From positions 2,108,001-2,172,000 of the forward strand of contig OZ360225.1 of NCBI GenBank assembly GCA_977017645.1: a stretch of DNA of 64,000 bases. Direction: 5' to 3'. The notes under the pieces are model-generated. The model was given only the letters and a program-made list of their open reading frames with translations, searched no databases and had not been told where the DNA came from. How positions within the stretch are numbered: position 1 is the stretch's first letter; every line of letters begins with the position of its first letter. A program made the translations under genes and the position numbers. Positions 1-12,624 of the stretch are shown here, piece by piece. Origin of the DNA: Torpedo marmorata. Lineage: Eukaryota.

Positions 1-220
1 AAGTCCACTCATAAATTTGAGGAACCACACCTATATTCCATCTTGCCAGTCTCCAACCTGATGGCATCAATTTGGACGTCCAATTTCTGGTAACCCCTCC
101 CCCCTGTTCTCTCGCTTCCCCTCATCCTTTTGACTCCCTCTCTCTCGCTCCCCAGCCCCTTCCTTTCTTTTCTCCTACAAGATAGCATCTTCCTCAGCCC
201 TCTGCCTCCTCTCCCTATGG
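1..220 (+). mobile_element. Penelope-like element, degraded 3' fragment (GIY-YIG C-terminus plus C/T-rich tail)
   Basis: gaggaaccacacctatattccatcttgccagtctccaacctgatggcatcaat resembles the EEQHLIFRLGSLQPDGIN end of Penelope ORFs, followed by a pyrimidine tract as in the copy at 9845-10200. Confidence 0.6.
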
Positions 221-619
221 GTCAATATTAAAATTAGAATCACAAAGGTGATAATCTCCACCTTGCCATCTAATCCAGGTGGAATTTGTCATTGTGATAA
301 TAATATCAGAGATAGGGCTCCTCTTGAATAAAGTTGGGACCACTATCCAAGTGAATCGAATAACTATGGCAGAGTGGGGAAAATTAGAAAATACAACTGA
401 GCGAGAGGGCAGGGTAGCGAAATTGATTAAGGCAGCCAGACTCTGTGAGGGTGGGACAGGGGATATAATCAGAAGAGGAATTAGAATCTGAATAAAGAGA
501 AATAAAACCAGTCAAAACTGAAGGCTGGTTATTTTATCACCACCATAACAAGACCGGCACAAGTCGGTATGATCTAATACCCAATGTGGAGATGGTGGCA
601 AAGTGAATATGATTGGAAA

Positions 620-1142
620 TTACATATTGCAGGTTACTTAAGATTTAAAAGACATATACAATATGGAAAAAGCTTGGTAGCCTCAATAAAGAATGGGATA
701 AGGATCTTCACGCAAACAATCAAGGTCAGTATCCCTTTTGGCCTTGCCTGTTCATGTTTTATTTTATTGCTTTTTAAATGTTGCTATTGTATCTGCTTCC
801 ACCATTTCCTCTGGTAGCAAATTCAGGGCACCCTCTGTGTAAAAAAACACTTACCTCCTTTGAACTTTCCCCCTCTCACCTTAAACCTATGTCCTCCAAT
901 ATTTGATATTTTAATCTTGGGGGAAAAAAACACTGATCATCTGCTCTATCTCTGCCTCTCATGGGTTTATCTATTTTTATCAGGTTGCCTATGGCCTTCT
1001 AAGATCCCCAAACAATCCAGGTTGGTCCAACCTTCCCTTACAGCTATTACTCTCCAATCCAGGCAACATCCCAGTGAACCTCTACTGCACCCTCTTCACA
1101 GCCTCTGGATCGTTTCTGTAATATGGAGACCAGAAGTGGACA
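620..1142 (-). mobile_element. CR1 LINE, old 3' fragment
   Basis: Degenerate match to the CR1 3' ends at 37191-38045 and 28447-28880 (cccctctcaccttaaacctatgtcctc, caggcaacatcccagtgaacc). Confidence 0.6.
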
Positions 1143-1146
1143 CAAT

Positions 1147-1284
1147 ATTGAAGACGGGCTCGCCCAAAACGTTGATTATGTATCTTTATCTTTGCTACAT
1201 AAAGTACACTGCTTGACCTGCTGAGTTTCTCCAGCATCATGTTTTTACTTCAATCATGGTGTCTGCAGACTTTTGTGTTTTACT
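1147..1284 (+). mobile_element. Penelope terminal (pLTR) fragment
   Basis: Same tail as 10097-10200 (ttgacctgctgagtttctccagcat); flanked by an acaatatt duplication at 1142 and 1285. Confidence 0.7.
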
Positions 1285-1854
1285 ACAATATTACATCCAT
1301 GTAAGAAAGAAAGGGAGCAAGAAAGTAAGGAACTGAAGACTTCAGTTGGAGGGGAAATATAGAATTTACTTCAAGTGGTAACAGTGAATTTGGGAAACAC
1401 CAATAAGATTGGACAGAATCAACATGGATTTATAAAAGAGAATCTGTATTTGATAGCTATGCTGTAACTCACAGAATATATAAAGTTAAATCAGTTGATT
1501 TTTTTTGGACTTTATGTGTTGCCATGCAGGAGGCTATAAAATCATAGCACGAGATATTGGGGGTAATTGATTGAGGATTAATTAATGGATAGAAAACAGA
1601 ACAAATAAACGGACTATTTTCAATGAATCACTACAATGACCATTGGGGCGCTGTGGCAACTGATGATAGGCTGTGCATTAATATTATTTGGATAAGGGGA
1701 TAAAGGGGAAAGTTTGCTGATGATACTGGCCCAGGTGACAGTGCGAACTGTGAGGAGAATGTAGCGAGGTTTCAAAGGAGATAGCAAGCAAATAGAATAT
1801 AATATGGAAAAATATGAGGTCATCCATTTTGGTAGAAAAATTGGGAGGATGCAA

Positions 1855-2110
1855 AGTTCAAATTTATTGTCAGAGTATATACATAATATCACATACAACC
1901 CTGAGATTCTTTTTCCTGTGGGCCAGGCAAAATTTCTACTTATCAGTAGTGCAAAAAACTGTACTCAAGAAAAGATATGTATCCAAAAGAGAGAAATGTA
2001 AAGAAAGAAAGACATGTAAACAAACTGACTGCAATACAGAAGAAAAAAAATCAATAATAAATGTGCAAAGTAAGAGTCCTTAAATGAGTCTCTGATTGAC
2101 TTGGTTGCCT
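1855..2110 (-). mobile_element. Rex1/Babar 3' tail fragment inside degraded CR1
   Basis: Reverse complement of the Rex1 tail at 23530-23650 (ctctgacaataaa, agaatctcagggttgtatgtga). Confidence 0.7.
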
Positions 2111-2352
2111 TGCGCATGAATTACTGAAAGTTAACATGTAGGTGCTGCAAGCTAATTGAAGGGAGTTTGACCTTTATTGCAAAAGGACACGAGTACTTCC
2201 TCCAAGTATATTGGCCCTGGTGGGATTGCATGATTAGCATTCTGCACATGTCTGGTCTCTTTATCAAAGAAAGAATATATTTGTAATGTAGGGAGGGCAG
2301 TGAAGGATGGCAAGTTGCCATGTGAGGAGAGATTAAGCAGTGTGAGCCATAT

Positions 2353-2582
2353 GGGGCGACGTTTTTACAGCGGCAGCGACTGGGGTCCTAATCCGGCGCT
2401 GTGTGTAAGGAGTTTGTACATTCTCCCAGTGTCTGCGTGGGTTTCCTCTGGGTACTCCAGTTTCCTTCCACCCTTCAAAATGTACAGGGGTTGTAGGTTA
2501 ATTGGTGTATTTGGGCAGCACGGGCTCATGGGCGGAAGGGCTTGTTACCGTGCTGTATGTCTAAGTTTAAAATTTAAAATTT
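2353..2582 (+). mobile_element. tRNA-derived V-SINE
   Basis: V-domain gagtttgtacattctcccagtgtctgcgtgggtttcctctggg and AT-rich tail; matches copies at 11491 and 24331. Confidence 0.75.
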
Positions 2583-3830
2583 TCTCTTAAATAAAAGCAG
2601 AAATAATCTAGCAGGTCTGGCAGAATCTGTGGGCAGAAGAACAGAACTTGTATTTTAGGTTGAAGACCCTTGGTAATTCTCTTGAGTTTAGAAGAATGAA
2701 AGATGATTTTATGAAATGCACAAAATTGTTTAGCAGCTGGATAGGGTAGATGCATTCTTGATTTCTAGAAACCGGAGTCACAGTGTAAAAAATATGGGAT
2801 CAGTCAGTTAGAACAGAGATGAGGAGGAGCTTCTTGATCATGAGAGTTGTCAATGTTTTGAATTCTCCAACAAAAGGAGTTGAGGCCGTGAGTACATTCA
2901 TAAAAGAGACTGGTGGACCTTTATATGTTCAGAAAAATGGGAATTATGGTGTTTGTACACGAATGTGGCACTGAAGTCAAAGATACTATTGAATGGAGGA
3001 ACAGGTATGGCTTACCTCTGCTTCCATTTCTTTATTGTTTTGTTAGTACCGTCGCTGAAAGAAGAATTTTCTGTTTTATCGCTACAGTCCGTCGATCCTC
3101 AATCTCAATAATTTATTTATTTTTTCATTATCTGCCCAAACGTCAGATGGTTGAACTTATTCCTGACATTTCACCCCCATACTTTTTTAGATGTTTGCCA
3201 AATGCATGAGAGAGGTATGTTGTTAACAAATTCTTTGATATTCTAAACTGCCGTCCAGCAAGGAAGCATGACACCTCTTCTCAACACTCCATGTACAATA
3301 ATGATAATGGGATATTCAGCAGAGTGGAGAACCAAGTGGGTGCTTCTCTTCATGCTGGTGCTTGAGCAGACGACAAAGCCTTCAAAGCCTACTATTCATG
3401 GCACACCTTTAAGCAATTGATTACCTTCTTAAATGGTGAAACCAAGCCTACTGTAAGGGAATTTTGGCGTGGTTACCATGAATGCTATTGACAATTTAAC
3501 AGTAGCATGGAGGGAAGTGAAATCAAATACAATAAATCTTGTCTGGTGTAAAATCTATCCAGAATACGTTGCAGACTTCCTGGGTTTTGAGGAGCCAATA
3601 CAAAATCTTCATCAGGAGATTGTTGGGCTGGCACACCAGGCTGGATTTAATGAAATAAATGAAGAAGTTGTAGTGGAGTTACTTGAATCACATGGTGAGG
3701 AATTATCTAATGAGGACCTCATGGAGATGGAACAGCAACGTGCCAAAGAAGAGGACGATGATGAAACTGAGGAAGAGGAGACACCACGAATTTTAACAAC
3801 TAAAGATTTGTCTGAGGCTTTCCAGTTGTT

Positions 3831-6203
3831 TTTTTTTAATATTTTATTTAAAATTTTAAATCACAGAATACATAAGGTAAAATATGAAATTATCAAAATA
3901 CTTGTGATACATTTTCACCCCCCCTCCCACCCTCCCCTCCCCAACCCTCCCAACCCCACTAATCTAATAAAATAAAAAAAAAATAAAATAAAATAAAATA
4001 AAAATAAAAAAAGAAAGAAAAAGATAGAGTAAGGAGAATGTCAATCTAAAAAAATACATCTATAAATTAATTCTATTGTGGAGGTCAGGTTTGCCAGTAG
4101 ATCCGATGTCCAGAGATATTCAGATCCTTAAACCGACAACTTTCATATATGGGCTCCATATTTTTAAAAAGAAATGATACTTATTACGTAAATTGTAAGT
4201 AATTTTTTCAAGTGGTAAACACGAACGAAGTCCTGCATGCCATCTTTATAACCCTAAATCTAGATCAAATTTCCAAGTAATAGCAATACATTTCTTTGAA
4301 ACAGCTAAAGCAATTCGCAGAAATTCTATTTGATACATATTTAATTTCATCTTAATACTAAGTTTTCTAATATCTACAAACAAAAATATCATGGGATCCA
4401 TTGGAAATGTAATCTTAAATACTTTATCTAAAAATTTTTTAACTTTCAACCAAAAATCATAAACTTTTGGACAAAACCATGTAGAATGTACAAAAGAACC
4501 TTCCTCTTTATTAGATCTAAAACATAAACCTGATAATGTCGGATTAAATTTCTTTAATTTTTTAGGTGTTAAATATAATTGATTAAAAAAATTATATTGT
4601 ACTAATCTATATCTAACATTAATAATCTTCGTCATACTTAATTTACATAATTCTTTCCAATAATTTTCATCTATTGTTACATTCAAATCTAATTCCCACT
4701 TTAATCTTGATTTATGAATTCCTACTTTAGGAATTTTCCTCTGAAACAATTTATACATTTGAGAAATAAATTTATTTACATCTCCTTTAGTAACTAATAA
4801 TGCTAATTCATTCTGTCTTGGTAAGATCAAACTATAACCTAATTTCTCAATCAAAAATGCTCGAATTTCATAATAAGAAAAAAGTGTATTATCCAATATA
4901 TTGAATTTATCTTTCATTCTTTGAAAAGTAATAAATTTCCCAGCTTCAAAACAGTTATTTATTTTATTAATTCCTTTTTTAAACCAAATTTTAAATAATT
5001 TATTATTAATAGTAGATGGAATAAGTTCATTTTGATATAAAGACATCTTTGGAGAAATCGTTCCTTTTCCTCCTACTTCCTTATCCGTCTTATTCCATAT
5101 TTCTAACAAATGTTTAAGAATAGGAGAATTTTTCCTTCTTGTTGATATTAATTTAGAATCCCATTTATAAATAACTTCTTCTTTGGAATCTTCTCCTATA
5201 TTATTTAATTCTATTTTAATCCAAGCAGAAGATTTACTGGAATCAAAAAGTTCATTAACAAATTTTAATTGAGCTGCTTTATAATAATTTTGGAAATGAG
5301 GAAGTTGTAAACCACCCATTTCATAATTCCAAGTTAATTTTTCTATACCTACCCTTGCAAACTTTCCTTTCCATAAAAATTTCCTAATAATTGAATTTAA
5401 ATCTTTAAAAAAATTTTGAGGAATTTCATAAGGAATTGATTGGAAAAGATATTGAATTCTTGGAAAAACATTTATTTAATACAATTTACCCTTCCGATTA
5501 AAGTTATAGGTAAATCTTTCCAATTTTCTAAATCTTTTTTTATTTTCACAAATAATGGTAGATAATTTAATTTATATAAATTAGCCAATTTTGTATCAAT
5601 CCTTATTCCCAAATATTTAATTCCTTCTTTTGCCCATTTAAATTGTGTAATTTCTTTACACTTACTATAATCCCCTTGTGATAATGCCATAATTTCACTT
5701 TTATCAGAGTTAATTTTATATCTGGATATTTCCCCATACTCTCTCAATAACGCAGACAATTGTACTAAAGATGTAATAGATTTTGTCATATATATCAATA
5801 CATCATCTGCAAATAAACTAATTTTATGTTCTTCCATTCCAACTTTAATACCTACAATTTTAGCATATTTTCTAACTAATTCTGCCAAAGGTTCTATCAC
5901 CAAAATAAATAACGCTGGTGACAAAGGACATCCTTGTCTAGTAGATCTAGTCAGGGGAAATCTTGAAGAAATGTGTCCATTTGTAACTACTTTAGCAGAT
6001 GGTTCTTTATATATAGTTTTAATCCAATTAATAAATGTAGTTCCAAAACCAAATTTCTCCAATACCTTAAATAAAAAATTCCACTCTAATCTATCAAAAG
6101 CCTTTTCAGCATCTAGCGTTAATACTAATGGTAAATCTTCCTTCTTTTTATGTACATTAATTAAACTAATTAATCTAGCTATATTATCTTTTGAATATCT
6201 ATT
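3831..6203 (-). mobile_element. L1-clade LINE, 5'-truncated
   Basis: RT (TRQGCPLSP, FADD) at 5472-6062; C-terminal domain at 4246-5319; G-rich 3' UTR; poly(A); imperfect 16-bp TSD aggctttccagttgtt (3815-3830) / aggccttccatttgtt (6204-6219). Confidence 0.92.
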
Positions 6204-6631
6204 AGGCCTTCCATTTGTTAGATAAAGCTATAGCCATTTTCACTGAGAAAGATCCTCAAAGAGATAGAAGTGCAGAAGCAAACAGGATGATAATGAATGG
6301 ATACAATTGCTACAAGGAATTATACAAACAGAAGAAAAAAAATGCACAACAACAAACCTTGGACATGTTTTTCGAAAACCCAGCTGATCAAGAAGTTTGA
6401 GCAGTCACAGCACCAGCAACACCATGACCACCTATCACTCCACCCCAAGCTGAGGCAACACCAGGTCCCTCAGGAATTTCTTGCAACACTCCCACCCTCA
6501 CCTTCTGTGATGATGATGATGACCAAGCTACTTCTCTACCCTTCAGTGATGATGATCACTGTGGGATCCCAGTAGCTTCCCTCCCCATACCAGCCGCCAC
6601 CACTACGATCGACTGATTCACCAAAATTGAT

Positions 6632-6769
6632 NNNNNNNNNNNNNNNNNNNNNNNNNNNNNNNNNNNNNNNNNNNNNNNNNNNNNNNNNNNNNNNNNNNNN
6701 NNNNNNNNNNNNNNNNNNNNNNNNNNNNNNNNNNNNNNNNNNNNNNNNNNNNNNNNNNNNNNNNNNNNN
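6632..6769. other. Assembly gap (run of N)
   Basis: Run of N bases. Confidence 0.99.
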
Positions 6770-7104
6770 AGGAAGTTAACTCTTGTTTTTATCATTGAGT
6801 CTATGGTAAAATTGGTTTTGTTTAACGTCGTTTCACTTAAAGTAGCTCTTTCCAAGAATGTATCAACAACGTTAAGTGAGGACCTGCTGTATATGCTACT
6901 AAATATAGATTTGTGTTCATTTGAATTGCTTCTAGATAATCTTAATGTTCTATGATTAATTCAGAATTAAGCAGGACTGCTGCCTCACAGGCTTGCATCC
7001 TCCTCTCCTTTCCAAAAAAATTAATCTCTGCAATGTCCACTTGACAGTTTTGGAACTCTCAAACAGATCCATATTCTTTTTTCTGTGCACATAAAAGTGC
7101 AACG

Positions 7105-7720
7105 TAGAGTCATAGAGTTCCGCAGCATGAAACAAATGCCCTTTGGCTCAACATGTCCCTGCTGAACAAGCCAGTGCCACCTTTCTGTGCTTGGTCCATC
7201 TCCCTCCAATCTTTTCCTATCTATGTCCCTGTCAAAATGTCTTTTAAATGTTCGATTTGTCTCCACCTCTACCACTTCCTCTGGCAGTTCATTTCATATA
7301 TCCAACACCCTCCCTTTGAAGAAGGTTCCCCTCAGGTCCCTGTAAAACCTTTTTCTTGTATTTAAATCTGTTCTGTTGAGTTTTACATTCCCCTACTCTG
7401 GGAAAAAAAGACTATGACTGTTTTAAAATCCATTCTGATTTTATAAACCTATGAGGTTCCCCCCTTAACTTCCAGGAATAAAAGTCCCAACATATTCAGC
7501 CTTTCCTTTTTATTCAAGCATATCAGTCCTGGTAACATTCTTGTGAATCGTTTTGGCACCATATCCAGCATAATAATATATTTTCTATAGCTGGGTGAGC
7601 AGAACTGTATTCCAAATGCAGTTTCACCAACATCTTACATGTTGTCTCTGCTCTTGTACTCAGTGCCCTGACCAATGAAAGGAAGTATCCAAGACACATT
7701 CATCACCAACCTGTCAACAT
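7105..7720 (-). mobile_element. CR1 LINE, old 3' fragment
   Basis: Degenerate match to other CR1 3' ends (ccacctctaccacttcctctggcagttc, ggtaacattcttgtgaatc). Confidence 0.6.
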
Positions 7721-8131
7721 GCTGCTGGAGTAGTCATCATTTCAATAAAAGTAATTTGTATGAAGAATATTTATATGCTAAACCATTTGTATCAAATTAC
7801 TTCTACCGTTTGAGTTAACAAATATTCCAGGAGAATTTTTGAATGGACGATTACTAAAAGTATTTGAAGTGTTCCGTCCAGCGAAAATCCAGTTGACATC
7901 ATAATTTCATGATATCAAGGTGGCGATAGTTTCTGTAATGACAATATAGTTGCCAAATGTATATTTGCACGAGTGTAACAATAAAGTACTCTTTTGTCCT
8001 TTATTGGACTACCAAACTCACCCAAAGAACAGTGGACACCTGAGTACCAACCACCTAGATGCATTGTTTGCAGTGGAAGTAACAGGGGTATGATGGGGTA
8101 TGAAAGCAAGCAATATTGAAAAGACTTAATA

Positions 8132-9365
8132 CAGTAAAAACCCTGGTATCCGGCACCTACGGGGATTGGTAGATTCCATATAAGCGAGTTTTCTGGTTGC
8201 TTGAGACTCACTCTTACAATGCCTAACTAATGCACCTGCATTAAGAATAAACAGTTTAAAAGACAAAAGACAAAAATACTATACTGTACTTACACTGAAC
8301 CAGTGGTTTTAAAACTGCTCCCCAAACTCACATTCCACCTTAAGCAATCCCTATGCTATAAGTGTTCTGTGATTGGTAAGGGATTACTTAAGGTGGTATG
8401 TGAGTGGGAAGGGAAGGTTGAGAACCATTGCTCTAGACCCAATTGTTACTGAAATATTTTGCTTGAGAAAAATTGTCATTGGCCCATTTCCTTTGGAGTT
8501 ATGAAACCGTGCACATAACGAGTCAGTTAGGTACAATTAAAACAGTGGTTTTCAAACCTTTTCTTCCCACTCACATACCACCTTAAGCAATACCTTACTA
8601 ATTACAGAGCACTTATGGCATAGGGATTGCTTAAGGTGGAATGTGAGTTCAGGGAGGCAGTTTGAAAACCACTGCATTGAACAAATGTCACTTGCATGAA
8701 TATATACACTTTAAATCATTTTACTTTATGTTCAGTCACATTCTTTGAAAACTTTTAACTGTTGCTGCATCTGTAGGTTCCTTCCCCTCCACGGAGCCAC
8801 CTGAAAGACGAACAATAATATTATATTTAACCCCCCCTCACAAGTTTACAGATAAAGCCTTACTAATATACTAATAAAGATAAAGACTCTTACTATGCAG
8901 GGATAAGGAGACATTTTAAGAGAGTCACCTCAACGGCGAGTGGCATCGAACAGCTCTTCATCCTGAGCGAAGCCATTTTATTCAAACACAACTTTATTCG
9001 AACAGCTGCTATGAGCAAAGCTCTTCATCCTGGGCGACACCATTTTATTCAAACACAACTTTATTCAAACCGCTGCTACGAGCAAAGCTCTTCATCTTGG
9101 GCGACGCCATTTTATTCAAACACTTTATTCAAACAGCTGCTACGAGCAAAGCACAACCAAGGCACTCCGCTGGCTGAATATTTGCTCCTATTTTCACCAA
9201 AAGTTTATGTGTTACTTCAGAGAACATAAACTTTTACAATTTTAAACTTTTATTTAAATTATTATTTATTTTAATTGTTTTTAATTTATTTATCTCCCTT
9301 GATTTTTTTTGCCGGTTGCTTGAGGTTGCCGATTGCTTGTATTCCGGATAACAGAAGTTTTACTG
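8132..9365 (+). mobile_element. Tigger/pogo-type non-autonomous element (MITE) with internal ~63-bp tandem repeats
   Basis: TIR cagtaaaaaccctggtatccgg ... ccggataacagaagttttactg; TA TSD; related copies at 16804-17019 and 29286-29977. Confidence 0.8.
8301..8674. mobile_element. hAT (Charlie-like) composite MITE
   Basis: TIR cagtggtttt(c/a)aaac; 8-bp TSD cactgaac/cattgaac. Confidence 0.85.
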
Positions 9366-9635
9366 TAGATTAAGTGGCAGCTGTGGAAAGAGAAACAGAA
9401 TGATAATTTCAGGATGCTAATGGGAAGCTTGTGTTGGGTGCTGAGAATTTGGTGATAGCAATTGATAAAGGTCCCTTACTCATTGCATTACTTGACATTG
9501 CAAAGGCCCCAGTGGCAGTTTATCTTTCCTGCTACTTCTTGTTTGAATCTTTCCAACAAGTTCTATTCGTGCCATTGTACCAAAAAGGTCCAAGCAAAAT
9601 CAAGCTGCATCCAATAATAGCATGGTGTATTCAGA

Positions 9636-10200
9636 AGTAAAACAGGAAAATCTGTAGACACCGTGATTGAAGTAAAAAATACAAATGCTGGAGAAACTCA
9701 GCAGGTCAAAAAGTGTCTTTTATGTAGCAAAGGTAGAAATACATAACCTACGTTTCGAGCTTGAGCCCTTCATCAAAGTGTGAGAAAATGCCGGCAGGCG
9801 TCCGAACAAAAGAGTGAGGGGGGAAGGGGGGGGTGGCAAATGCCCGTCTGGGCTCTCTCCAGCCAGATGGCATTAACATTGACTTTTCTGCTTTCCACTA
9901 AACCTGCTTGTCGTTCCCTTCCCCTCCCCCCTCACCTGTCCTTCCTGTTTTTCCCCACCTACCTAGCCATCCCTCCTCCCCCTCTTTGCTGCTGTCCCCT
10001 CCCTCCTTTCTCCACCTATCATCTCCTGCCTTTGCCATCCCCCCCACTTCCCCCCTCACTCTTTTGTTCGGACGCCTGCTGGCATTTTCTCATACTTTGA
10101 TGAAGGGCTCAAGCCCGAAATGTCGGTTATGTATTTCTACCTTTGCTACATAAAAGACATTGTTTGACCTGCTGAGTTTCTCCAGCATTTGTGTTTTTTT
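9636..10200 (+). mobile_element. Penelope element, 5'-truncated with inverted pLTR
   Basis: RLGSLQPDGINIDFSAFH* at about 9845-9901; 9636-9830 is an inverted copy of the tail (mirrors 10040-10200); flanking tggtgtatt duplication. Confidence 0.85.
10090..10135 (+). ncRNA. Minimal hammerhead-ribozyme-like motif in Penelope pLTR
   Basis: TTGATGA-A-GGGC-TCAA-GCCC-GAAA-(C/T)GTCGGT; homologous motifs at about 9745-9780 (-), 45010-45045 (-) and 1147-1175 (+). Confidence 0.55.
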
Positions 10201-10466
10201 AACGTGGTGTATTGTACCTTCTCATTGATATCCCAGTAACATTTGATAAACTAAACCACTGTTTCCACAATTGACTTGAATTTACAAATTCCAGTGCTTG
10301 GTTGCATTGTTACATATTCAAGTATTCCTGGAATGTCTCCAGTGATACTTCCTTTCCTCATTGATGTTCTATTAGCCCTGGTTTCTCTCTCTTTCTTGAT
10401 ACTTATTGGCTGCACCCTCTTGCTCATCTTCTTACTGCCCTGGTGATATCAATGGATGACTTAGAG

Positions 10467-10836
10467 CAGTGGTTTTCAAACTTTTTCTTTCCACTCACAT
10501 ACCACCTTAAGTACAGTAATCCCTATACCATAAATGCTCTGTGATTAGTAAGGGATTGCTTAAGGTGGTATGTGAGTGGGAAGGGAAGGTTGAGAACCAC
10601 TGCTCTAGATCCAATTGTTACTGAAATATTTTGCTTGAGAAAAATTGTCATTGGCCCATTTCCTTTGGAGTTATGAAACCGTGCACTTAACGAGTCAATT
10701 AGGTACGATTAAAACAGTGGTTTTCAAACCTTTTTCTTTCCACTCACATACCACCTTAAGTAATCCCTTACTAATCACAGAACACTTATGGCATAGGGAT
10801 TACTTAAGGTGGAAAGAAAAAGTTTGAAAACCACTG
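10467..10836. mobile_element. hAT composite MITE (second copy)
   Basis: Same TIRs and internal spacer as 8301-8674. Confidence 0.85.
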
Positions 10837-11490
10837 ACAGAGCAACTTCCACAGTTACAATGTTAATATTCCACTCCACCAACACTTTATTACCACCTAA
10901 ATAATGAGCAATTATCTGAATAATTTAATGAATGGAAGAGAATAAATTGCAGCCAATTAATTATTTCATGCTGGATTATAGATGGATATTTTGAACTTGT
11001 ATTTATCTAGTGTTAAATAGTGCTTGTACAGCATTTGAGGCACCAATAAGCTTAAGAAACTCTTTCAAAATAATTATGCCAAATTCTCAGAACAATACTT
11101 GGGTAGTTTGGGCTTAAATTTCCAACATTGATCACTTTTAACAACAATGATCGAAAAACGCAGCACACTTTGATATCCCCCAGACCAGGAGGGAAGTACA
11201 TATCACACACATTGTCCAGATTTTCCACCAAACATGCACCATTCCTTTTTTTTTTACATGCAATTACAACAGTGCCACCACACACTATCTTGCTTGTTTT
11301 TGATCATCACAGTAAGAGAGGGATAGGTTTTAAAATGAATTCATATCTTTGCAAGTTGTGCAATTCTCTATGCTTCGTTGCTTCAAGAGGGTGGTGGATA
11401 TTCCTGCACAGCCTTCCCATGACTTGCAGTGGAATGCCTCCAGAAATATCAGGAAAAGCAGGCCAAAGAACGGCAGATGGAATTTAACTC

Positions 11491-11866
11491 AGGGGCTGCA
11501 CGGTTGGCGTAGCGGTTAGCATAACGACTTTACAGCGCCAGCGATCGGGACTGGGGTTCAAATCCTGCGCTCTCTGTAAGGAGTTTGTATGTTCTCCCCA
11601 TGTCTGCGTGGGTTTTCCCCGGGGGCTCCGGTTTCCTCCCACCGTTCGAAACGTACTGGGGGTTTAGACATACAGCAGGGTAACGGGCTATTTCAGCCCA
11701 CGAGTCAGGGCCGCCCAATTTACACCCAATTAACCTACTCCCCTGGTACGTTATTGAACGGTGGGAGGAAATGGTGTAGGTTGATTGGGTGTAATTGGGC
11801 GGCACAGACTTGTGGGCCGAAATGGCCTGTTACCGTGCTGTATGTCTAAATTTAATTTAAATTTAA
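11491..11866 (+). mobile_element. tRNA-derived V-SINE with an inverted SINE 3' fragment inside
   Basis: A box (tggcgtagcggttagc), B box (ggttcaaatcc), V domain; 11663-11772 is an antisense copy of the tail. Confidence 0.85.
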
Positions 11867-11879
11867 GTATGCGGTGATC

Positions 11880-12467
11880 CATTTTGATAAATCAATTCAG
11901 GGCAGGACTTACTGTACATAGTAAATGATAGGGGCCCTGGAGGATGTTGTAGAACAGAAAAAACCTGGGGATACAGGTGCATCTTTCCCCGAAAGTCATG
12001 ACACAGATAGACAAGGTGGTGAAGAAGGTAGGAAGGTGTTTGGCACACTTGCCTTATTCGGTCAGGGCGGTGAATACAGGGGTAGGGACGCCATGATACA
12101 ACGTTGTAAGTCATTGGTGAGGGCACACTTGGATTATTCTGTGCAGTTTTGATTACCAAGCTGGAGGAGGGGTATCATTGAGCAGAAAAGATTTAAAAAG
12201 AGGTTGCTGGGACTGGAGAGCTTGTGTTATAAGATGGGCTAGCACGAAAATCATGGGGCAATTGAAAAGATGAATGGTCACAGTCTTTTCTCCAGGGTAG
12301 TGGAGTGTAAAAGGAGAGGGCAAGGGTTTAACATGAGCGGGAAAGCTTTAAAATGGACCTGGGAAACAACAATTTCACACAGAGGGTGGTGCATATATTG
12401 AAAATTGCTGCCAGAGGGAGGAAGTGTGAAAAAATACAACATTTCAAAGAAATTTAGACAGGCCATG
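11880..12467 (+). mobile_element. CR1 LINE 3' fragment (continues 16107-16200)
   Basis: KSLVRAHLDYSVQF motif; tail tctatgattc/ctctatgact at 16180-16210. Confidence 0.7.
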
Positions 12468-12624
12468 GTCTATGGCAGGGGTGGCCAAACTTGCTTAACG
12501 TAAGAGCCACATACGACAAACTTCAGATGTTTGAGAGCCGCAACAATCATGCGATCGCAAGCCACGCCCACTAAAACTACCATTGTGAGCAGCGGCTCAT
12601 ACCATTCCTGTCACAGCCAACATA

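Larger units (their letters stand above)
3378..6889 (+). mobile_element. Tigger/pogo DNA transposon, 3' part, split by L1
   Basis: TIGD1-like transposase C-terminus (AFKAYY...ELLESHGEELSNEDL...LSEAFQL | DKAIAIF...YKELYKQKKK...QQTLDMFF) in 3469-3830 and 6204-6400; terminal gttaagtgaggacctgctg followed by TA at 6890. Confidence 0.8.

Noticed and set aside
7800-7945. CpG-containing unique segments as possible minus-strand host exons (also 3045-3200 and 25005-25090)
   Set aside because: Candidate AG/GT pairs give stops or unrecognisable peptides; cannot be supported without RNA-seq.
11491-11575. tRNA gene
   Set aside because: The A/B boxes belong to a SINE head followed by a V domain and tail; no complete cloverleaf.
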